A stretch of DNA of 64,000 nt from NCBI GenBank assembly GCA_965224185.1, contig OZ245042.1:5146761-5210760 (forward strand). The letters are read 5' to 3'. The position numbers and the translations under genes are program-made. The DNA is from Rhodobiaceae bacterium (lineage in GTDB: Bacteria > Pseudomonadota > Alphaproteobacteria > Rhizobiales > G965224185). The notes beneath the pieces are model-generated. The model did not search any database, was not told the origin of the DNA, and worked only from the letters and a program-made list of their open reading frames with translations. Positions within the stretch are counted from its first letter, which is position 1, and every line of letters begins with the position of its first letter. Below are positions 57,842 through 64,000 of this stretch, piece by piece.

Positions 57842-59374
57842 ATGACAATTGCCCGCTGGATTGCGCGCCATGCCGCGTTTCAGCCCGACAAACCGGCGAT
57901 ACATTGCGGGGGCAAGACCTGGACCTATCGCGGATTGAATGCGGATATCGCCGCGCTCAGTCGGGCCTTGCTGGACGATCTGGGCCTGAAATTCGGAGAC
58001 CGGATTGCTTATTACGGGCTCAATAGCGGCGAAATGATCGTCGCCCTGTTCGCCGCTGCCCGCGCCGGCATGGTGCTTGTACCCATCAACTGGCGTCTGG
58101 CGGCACCGGAGATTCGATACATTCTGGAGGATTGCGGCGTCGCCGCCATGCTGGTCGACGACACCTATCAGGCGTCGGTCGCGGAGATCGACCCGCCATT
58201 GACCATTGACCGGATCATCGGCGTGGGCACCGATGGTGCGTCCTATCGGCGGTTTGACGACCTGCTCGACGCCAATCGCACCGACACGCAGACCGACGTG
58301 GAGGAGGTTGATCCGCGGTCGCCGCTGCTCATCGTCTATACGTCAGGCACGACCGGCCGGCCGAAAGGCGCCGTCCTGTCCCAGGACGTGCTGCTCTACA
58401 ACGCACTCAACTCGGTGCACCTGCATGACATGCAAGCCGACGACCATGTCTTAAGCTACCTGCCCATGTTCCATGTCGGCGGTCTCAATATTCAGACCAC
58501 GCCGGCGCTTTATTGCGGGGCCACGGTGACCCTCATGCCCCGGTTCGAGCCAGGCGAAGCCCTGGCGGCGATCCGGACCCTGCGGCCGAGCCTGACGGTG
58601 ATGGTGCCGGCGATCATGCAGGCGCTGCTAAACCACCCGCAATGGCCGGACACCGATATCGGTTGCCTGCGAACCATCTGCACCGGATCCACCGATGTAC
58701 CCGTCCCGTTGATTGAGGCCATGCTGGCGCGCGGCGTGCCCGTTCAGCAGGTCTATGGCTCCACCGAAACCGGGCCGGTGGCGATCTATCAGCGGGTCCA
58801 TCAGGCGCGGTCCCATGTCGGGTCGATAGGCCAGGCCGGATTGCATTGCGATGTGCGGATCGTCGATGGAAACGGTCGGGACCTGCCCGATGGGGAATCA
58901 GGCGAAATCCTGATCCGCGGTCGCAATATCCTGAGCGGCTATTGGGGAAACGAGGAAGAAACCCATCGTGTGCTGCGCGACGGTTGGTTCCATACCGGCG
59001 ACGTCGCCCACCGGGACGCTGACGGGTTTTACTGGTTTGCCGACCGGATAAAGCACGTAATCATATCCGGCGGTGAAAACATCTATCCGGCCGAACTGGA
59101 TCGCATCCTAAATGGCATTGAGGATGTGACGGAGGCGATTGTCATCGGTCGCGACGACGCCAAATGGGGGGAAGTGCCGATCGCCATCGTGGTGCGTCGT
59201 TCAGAGGCCTTGTCCGAAGCCGATATCATGGCCGTCTTTGCCGAACAGGTAGCACGGTTCAAGCATCCGAAGGAGATCGTCTTTGTCGATCAATTGCCAC
59301 GCAATGTCATGGGCAAGATCGTGGTGGCCGATGTGAAGGTCATGCTCCGGAGCCGGTTTGGGATGGCCATATAG
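57842..59374 (+). CDS. AMP-dependent acyl-CoA synthetase/ligase
   Basis: AMP-binding motif YTSGTTGRPKGA, YGSTE, GWFHTGD and the C-terminal GKI. Confidence 0.85.
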   Translation: MTIARWIARHAAFQPDKPAIHCGGKTWTYRGLNADIAALSRALLDDLGLKFGDRIAYYGLNSGEMIVALFAAARAGMVLVPINWRLAAPEIRYILEDCGVAAMLVDDTYQASVAEIDPPLTIDRIIGVGTDGASYRRFDDLLDANRTDTQTDVEEVDPRSPLLIVYTSGTTGRPKGAVLSQDVLLYNALNSVHLHDMQADDHVLSYLPMFHVGGLNIQTTPALYCGATVTLMPRFEPGEALAAIRTLRPSLTVMVPAIMQALLNHPQWPDTDIGCLRTICTGSTDVPVPLIEAMLARGVPVQQVYGSTETGPVAIYQRVHQARSHVGSIGQAGLHCDVRIVDGNGRDLPDGESGEILIRGRNILSGYWGNEEETHRVLRDGWFHTGDVAHRDADGFYWFADRIKHVIISGGENIYPAELDRILNGIEDVTEAIVIGRDDAKWGEVPIAIVVRRSEALSEADIMAVFAEQVARFKHPKEIVFVDQLPRNVMGKIVVADVKVMLRSRFGMAI

Positions 59375-59645
59375 GCTGCGTCGTTCAGACATATGCAAAA
59401 TATTGTGCACTTGCGATCAGCATGAAATATAATGCTTATAACGTGAATCTAATGTTACGAAAATTGAATTGGCACCTTGAATTTAGTAACATTCGGGGCG
59501 CGGAAATTGAGGGGCGATCCTGTCGTTATCGCCGGGCGGCGAAAATGGGTCGGGCGAAGCGATTGAATTGAACCGGTAAGAATTAGGTTGCGGGATCCGT
59601 CATTGGATCATGTAATCTTCGGATATGCTCTTGGGAGGAGTTGAC

Positions 59646-60665
59646 ATGAAAATACTCAAAAACCTGACGGCGGCGGCGATTGCCATACCAATGACGCTGG
59701 CAGTCAGCCAGGCGGTTTCGGCGCAGGAAGTCTTGCGGATTTCCAGTTGGATCCCGCCGCATGCCATGAACAAGGTAGTGCTACCGGCCTGGATCGCGGC
59801 CGTTGAGAAGGCGACCGAGGGCCGGGTGACCGGCAAGATAGAGTTCGGACTGGCGCCGCCGCCGGGTCAGATCGATCTGGTGGAAGACGGGTCGGCGGAT
59901 GTCGCCTGGATCTTTCACGGCTATAATCCCGGCCGGTTCGTGACGACCAAGCTGATCGAATTGCCCGGCTATACCGGCGATGCGGAAGCCGCGTCGGTGG
60001 CCCATTGGCGGGCCCATGAGAAATATCTCGCCAAGGCCGACGAGCATTCCGGTGTCCGGGTCATCGCGCTCTTTACTCATGGTCCCGGGCAGGTGCATAT
60101 GCGCGAGGCGACCAAGAGCCTCGGCGACCTGGACGGCAAGAAAATCCGCATCGGCGGCGGCGTGTCCGCTGACGTCGCCAAGGCGCTCGGGGTGGTCGGC
60201 GTCCAGGTGCCCGCGCCCAAGGTCTATGAAACCTTGTCCGGCGGTGTGGCCGACGGCGTATGGATGCCCATGGAAACCAACAAGAGCCTGCGGCTTTTTG
60301 AAGTGGCGCCGAACACGCTGATGGTGCCCGGCGGCCTCTATCGCGGTTCGTTCGGCCTCATCATGAGCGAGGATGCGCTGAACAGGTTGAGCGAAAAGGA
60401 CCGCGAGGCGGTGCTCTCGACCACCGGTGAGAAACTCTCCGCCATGATCGGCAAGGCCTGGGCGGAAGCCGATATTGTCGGCATGGACAATGCCAAGAAG
60501 GTCGGCGTCAATCTGGTTGAGGCCTCCGCGGACGATATGGCCATGTTCGGCAAGATCGCGGCGGATGTTCGCAAGAAGGTGATCGATGAGGTCAAGGCGG
60601 CTGGGATCGATGCCGATGCCGCCGTCGCCGACATCGAAGCGACCATGAGTTCCTATGGCAAGTAA
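59646..60665 (+). CDS. dctP: TRAP transporter substrate-binding protein (DctP family)
   Basis: Signal peptide MKILKNLTAAAIAIPMTLAVSQAVSA with an SD gggagga upstream. Confidence 0.85.
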   Translation: MKILKNLTAAAIAIPMTLAVSQAVSAQEVLRISSWIPPHAMNKVVLPAWIAAVEKATEGRVTGKIEFGLAPPPGQIDLVEDGSADVAWIFHGYNPGRFVTTKLIELPGYTGDAEAASVAHWRAHEKYLAKADEHSGVRVIALFTHGPGQVHMREATKSLGDLDGKKIRIGGGVSADVAKALGVVGVQVPAPKVYETLSGGVADGVWMPMETNKSLRLFEVAPNTLMVPGGLYRGSFGLIMSEDALNRLSEKDREAVLSTTGEKLSAMIGKAWAEADIVGMDNAKKVGVNLVEASADDMAMFGKIAADVRKKVIDEVKAAGIDADAAVADIEATMSSYGK

Positions 60666-60678
60666 GGTCTAGCGGTCC

Positions 60679-61221
60679 TTGGATCGTCTGTCGCAATCCA
60701 TCGGGCGGGTCGGCAATGCGCTGGCCCGCACGATTTTGATCATCGGCGCCCTGCTGCTGGCCATTATGCTGGCGCTGACGGTGGTCGATGTGTTCGGCCG
60801 CTATATCCTGAACGCGCCGGTCAACGGCAAGACCGAGTTGACCCGCTTTCTCATGGCCGGCCTGATCGCCTGCGCCTTGCCGGTGATTACCGCGCGATCG
60901 GAGCACATTACCGTCGACCTTTTCGACCATTTCTTCAGCCCCCGGCTGGCGGCCATTCGCGATGTGGTTGTCGATGTCGTCTGCGCGGGATCCTTGCTGA
61001 TCTTGTGCGAATGGCTGCTGTTTCGGTCCGACCGACTGTTCAAGCGTGGCTATGTCAGCGATTTCCTTGAAGTGCCGCTCTATCCGGTCGCCTATTTCAT
61101 CACGGCCATGTTCTTCGCGACCGCAATCGCCCTCGCTTTGAAATTACTCATCGACATCGCCTATATCCGCCGTCCGGACCTCAGGCCGAAAACCACCAGG
61201 GAGCGGACCTTTGAGGCCTGA
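60679..61221 (+). CDS. dctQ: TRAP transporter small permease
   Basis: 180-aa four-TM protein between dctP and dctM. Confidence 0.8.
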   Translation: MDRLSQSIGRVGNALARTILIIGALLLAIMLALTVVDVFGRYILNAPVNGKTELTRFLMAGLIACALPVITARSEHITVDLFDHFFSPRLAAIRDVVVDVVCAGSLLILCEWLLFRSDRLFKRGYVSDFLEVPLYPVAYFITAMFFATAIALALKLLIDIAYIRRPDLRPKTTRERTFEA

Positions 61222-61266
61222 TATGCTCCATATCGGCGCCATCGAGCGGCGGGCGACCACTTAGCC

Positions 61267-62613
61267 ATGGAAATCTCCCTCATCGGTTTTGCCGCGGTTC
61301 TGATCCTGGCTTTTTTGCGTGTTCCGATCGCGTTTTCCATGGGTATTGTCGGGATCATCGGTTTCGCGGCCATCAATCGCTGGAACTGGAAATCGGCGCT
61401 GTCACCGGCGGCGGGCACTGTGCTCGACACGATCCAGACGGAGAGCCTGTCGGTGATCCCGCTTTTCGTGCTGATGGGCATGCTGGTCAGCCGCGCCGGG
61501 CTGGCGAACGAGCTCTACCGCGCATCCAATGCCTTTCTGGGCCATCGACGGGGCGGCCTGTCGATGGCCACCATCGTTGCCTGCGGCGGCTTCAGCGCCA
61601 TTTGCGGCTCCAGCCTGGCGACCGCGGCGACCATGTCCAAAGTGGCCATGCCGCAAATGCGGGCCTTCGGCTATTCCGACCGGCTGGCAACGGCATCGAT
61701 CGCCGCCGGCGGCACGTTGGGCATCCTCATTCCGCCGAGCGTCATCTTGATCATCTACGGCATCATGACGGAGCAAAGCATCGACAAGCTGTTCCTGGCC
61801 GGGGTGATCCCGGGGATCATCGGCATTATTTTTTATCTCGGCGCGGTCAGATGGACGGTATGGCGCAATCCGGAATCCGGCCCGGCCGGCGAGCGCGCCG
61901 AATGGCCGGAGCGGCTATCGGCACTCAAGGATGTCTGGGGCATCCTGCTGCTGTTCGTTGCCGTGCTCGGCGGCATCTATGTGGGCATCTACACGGTGAC
62001 CGAGGCCGCCGGCATCGGCGCCGGCGGGGCGCTGCTGATTGCCGTATTGCGACGACGTCTGACCTGGGCCGGGTTCCGGGAGGCCCTGGTGGCGACCATC
62101 GGCACCACCGCCATGCTGTTCTTCGTACTGATCGGTGCGCAGATCTTTCAGCGGTTTATCGTGCGCGCCGGCATGCCGGAGGACCTGGTGGCGATCGTCA
62201 CCGCGTTCGACGTGCCCAGCATCGTCGTGATCCTGCTGATCATCCTGGTCTATGTGATTTTGGGCTGTGTGTTTGAAAGCCTGTCCATGCTGCTCCTGAC
62301 GGTGCCGGTCTTCGCGCCTCTGGTTGTCGATCTCGGCCTGTTTCCCGAATTCCCCGGCGACAAGGGCGCGGAAATGTCGCTGATCTGGTTCGGCATCATC
62401 GTCGTGGTGGTCACCGAAATCAGCCTGATCACGCCACCAGTGGGTTTGAATGTCTTTGTGTTGCGGGGCGTTCTGGGGGATGTGACGACGGGAACGATCT
62501 TCCGCGGCGTCACGCCGTTCTGGATCGTCGATATTCTGCGGCTGTTGCTGTTTATCCTGCTGCCGGCAATTGTCCTGTTCCTGCCCTTGACCATCAAGCC
62601 ATTTGCCTATTAG
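61267..62613 (+). CDS. dctM: TRAP transporter large permease
   Basis: 448-aa protein that is DctM-like throughout. Confidence 0.9.
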   Translation: MEISLIGFAAVLILAFLRVPIAFSMGIVGIIGFAAINRWNWKSALSPAAGTVLDTIQTESLSVIPLFVLMGMLVSRAGLANELYRASNAFLGHRRGGLSMATIVACGGFSAICGSSLATAATMSKVAMPQMRAFGYSDRLATASIAAGGTLGILIPPSVILIIYGIMTEQSIDKLFLAGVIPGIIGIIFYLGAVRWTVWRNPESGPAGERAEWPERLSALKDVWGILLLFVAVLGGIYVGIYTVTEAAGIGAGGALLIAVLRRRLTWAGFREALVATIGTTAMLFFVLIGAQIFQRFIVRAGMPEDLVAIVTAFDVPSIVVILLIILVYVILGCVFESLSMLLLTVPVFAPLVVDLGLFPEFPGDKGAEMSLIWFGIIVVVVTEISLITPPVGLNVFVLRGVLGDVTTGTIFRGVTPFWIVDILRLLLFILLPAIVLFLPLTIKPFAY

Positions 62614-62700
62614 CGACCCGAGATTGGCGCCGGGCACCGGTTCCGATTGATGTGCCGTCGAAATGATCCAGCGAATTGATGCCGTGATGAAGATAAGACC

Positions 62701-63159
62701 ATGACCGACCAGACCTCAAAAGCCGATATCACCGCGCGGCGCTGTGCGGAGCGGATGCTGGAAGACGACCATGCAGTGCAGGCTGCGAAGATCACACTGG
62801 ATGAAGTCCGTGCGGGCTTTATCAGGATGTCCATGTTCGTCAGGCCGGATATGGCCAATCACGGCGGCATGTGTCACGGCGGGCATATCTATCTGCTCGC
62901 CGACGCGGCGTTCGGTTATGCCTGCAATTCGCACAATCAAAACGCGGTCAGCCAATATGGCGCCATCCACCATATCGCGCCCGGTCCGATTGGAGAGCGG
63001 ATTTACGCCACCGCCAATGAGCGCCATCGCAGCGGTCGGACCGGAATTTATGATGTCGTGGTGACGAAGGAAGACGGCACTGTGATTGCCGAATTTCGCG
63101 GCCATTCCCGGCAAATTCCTGGAAATCTGCTTGCGGACGAAGACGCAAAGGGCGGCTAG
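62701..63159 (+). CDS. paaI: PaaI-type hotdog-fold thioesterase
   Basis: N..G..HGG....LAD.AFG.A pattern (MANHGGMCHGGHIYLLADAAFGYACN). Confidence 0.8.
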   Translation: MTDQTSKADITARRCAERMLEDDHAVQAAKITLDEVRAGFIRMSMFVRPDMANHGGMCHGGHIYLLADAAFGYACNSHNQNAVSQYGAIHHIAPGPIGERIYATANERHRSGRTGIYDVVVTKEDGTVIAEFRGHSRQIPGNLLADEDAKGG

Positions 63160-63195
63160 GCCCTGAAGAATACGGGATTTTTTAAGGAGCATCGA

Positions 63196-64000
63196 ATGAT
63201 CGACCTGACGCCCGATCGCAGCGACCTGGAAGCCATAGAAATCGCCTCTCGCGATGAGATTGCCGCCCTGCAGGCTGAGCGGCTCACATGGTCGTTGCAC
63301 CATGCCTATGACAACGTCGCCCATTACCGCAGCGCCTTCGATGCGGCCGGCGTGCGTCCGGACGATTTCAAGACGCTGGCGGATCTGGCGAAGTTTCCCT
63401 TCACCGTGAAGCAGGACCTGCGCGATAATTATCCCTTTGCCATGTTCGCCGTTCCGCGCCAACAGGTCGCGCGCATCCATGCCTCGTCCGGCACTACCGG
63501 CAAGCCGACCGTTGTCGGTTACACGGCCGACGATCTCAAGACATGGTCGAACCTGATGGCCCGGTCTATGCGCGCGGCGGGCGGGCGCAAGGGCGATGTC
63601 TTCCACAATGCCTATGGCTATGGATTGTTCACAGGCGGCCTGGGTGCCCATGACGGGGGCCAGGCGCTGGGCTGCACGGTGGTGCCGGTGTCCGGCGGCA
63701 TGACCGAGCGCCAGGTGACGCTGATCAACGATTTCAAACCCGACCTGATCGGCGCCACGCCGTCCTACATGCTGGCCATCCTGGACGAGTTCAAGGCCCA
63801 GGGCATCGACCCGCGGGAGAGCTCGATGAAGGCCGGAATGTTCGGCGCCGAACCGTGGACCAATTCCATGCGCCGGGAAATCGAAAGCGCCTTCGACATG
63901 CATGCCGTCGACATTTACGGCCTGTCGGAGGTGATGGGGCCGGGCGTGGCCTGCGAATGCGTGGAAACCAAGGACGGCCTGACCCTTTGGGAGGACCATT
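63196..64000 (+). CDS. paaK: Phenylacetate-CoA ligase (partial, runs off window)
   Basis: SD aaggag plus ATG 63196. MIDLTPDRSDLEAIEIASRDEIAALQAERL...KFPFTVKQDLRDNYPF...IHASSGTTGKPTVVGYT...GYGLFTGGLG...DIYGLSE. It is not in the ORF track because it has no stop in the window. The 62716..63999 minus ORF is its antisense shadow. Confidence 0.9.
   Translation, partial: MIDLTPDRSDLEAIEIASRDEIAALQAERLTWSLHHAYDNVAHYRSAFDAAGVRPDDFKTLADLAKFPFTVKQDLRDNYPFAMFAVPRQQVARIHASSGTTGKPTVVGYTADDLKTWSNLMARSMRAAGGRKGDVFHNAYGYGLFTGGLGAHDGGQALGCTVVPVSGGMTERQVTLINDFKPDLIGATPSYMLAILDEFKAQGIDPRESSMKAGMFGAEPWTNSMRREIESAFDMHAVDIYGLSEVMGPGVACECVETKDGLTLWEDH

Noticed and set aside
62716-63999. 427-aa minus-strand ORF
   Set aside because: It is antisense to paaI and to the paaK gene, which has an SD, an ATG at 63196 and unmistakable phenylacetate-CoA ligase motifs.

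Overview
GC-rich, gene-dense chromosomal segment that looks alphaproteobacterial: guaB/guaA, phosphatidylcholine synthase, many TRAP transporters, xdhABC purine catabolism. All calls come from reading the six-frame translations and the raw sequence by eye. No BLAST or HMM search was run, so family names rest on recognised motifs and remembered family architecture. Layout: (1) 1-9.1 kb holds a truncated ISAs1-type transposase at the window edge. It also holds guaB and guaA, separated by a truncated-haemoglobin/PAS-adenylate-cyclase operon, an aminotransferase, a CHRD protein and a hydrolase. (2) 9.1-10.1 kb is a frameshifted, C-terminally deleted P4-type integrase directly after guaA, probably the scar of a genomic island. 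(3) 10.2-26.1 kb holds two long minus-strand catabolic operons plus a GntR regulator and an MBL alkylsulfatase-like gene. The operons carry two TRAP systems, two LigE/LigF-like GST paralogs, an SDR, an ALDH, a tandem OsmC-like protein, DUF2218 and a PMH-like formylglycine sulfatase. The three promoter regions are tied together by five copies of the palindrome TGGGATCCC(A/G). (4) 26.3-33.0 kb is a complete cmuB-cmuC-cmuA-fmdB-paaE-hutI corrinoid-dependent methyl-halide (chloromethane utilisation type) cluster. A divergent TetR gene and a perfect 22-bp palindrome lie in the shared promoter. (5) 33.9-43.1 kb holds a DUF2182/DUF1326 pair, pcs-terC, a lower-GC orphan TadG/VWA gene, a solitary E1/transketolase-like gene, qor and DUF3299. 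(6) 43.3-57.7 kb starts with a nested-palindrome MITE. It is followed by purine catabolism genes: uraH, xdhABC, a BMP-type ABC importer, uraD, a deaminase and two M20 hydrolases. (7) 57.8-64.0 kb holds an acyl-CoA ligase, a third TRAP system, paaI and a partial paaK. No rRNA, tRNA or CRISPR array was recognised. The most interesting signals are the TGGGATCCCA-linked GST/TRAP/sulfatase regulon, which may be an undescribed glutathione- and sulfatase-dependent catabolic pathway, and the island-borne cmu cluster with its candidate TetR operator.
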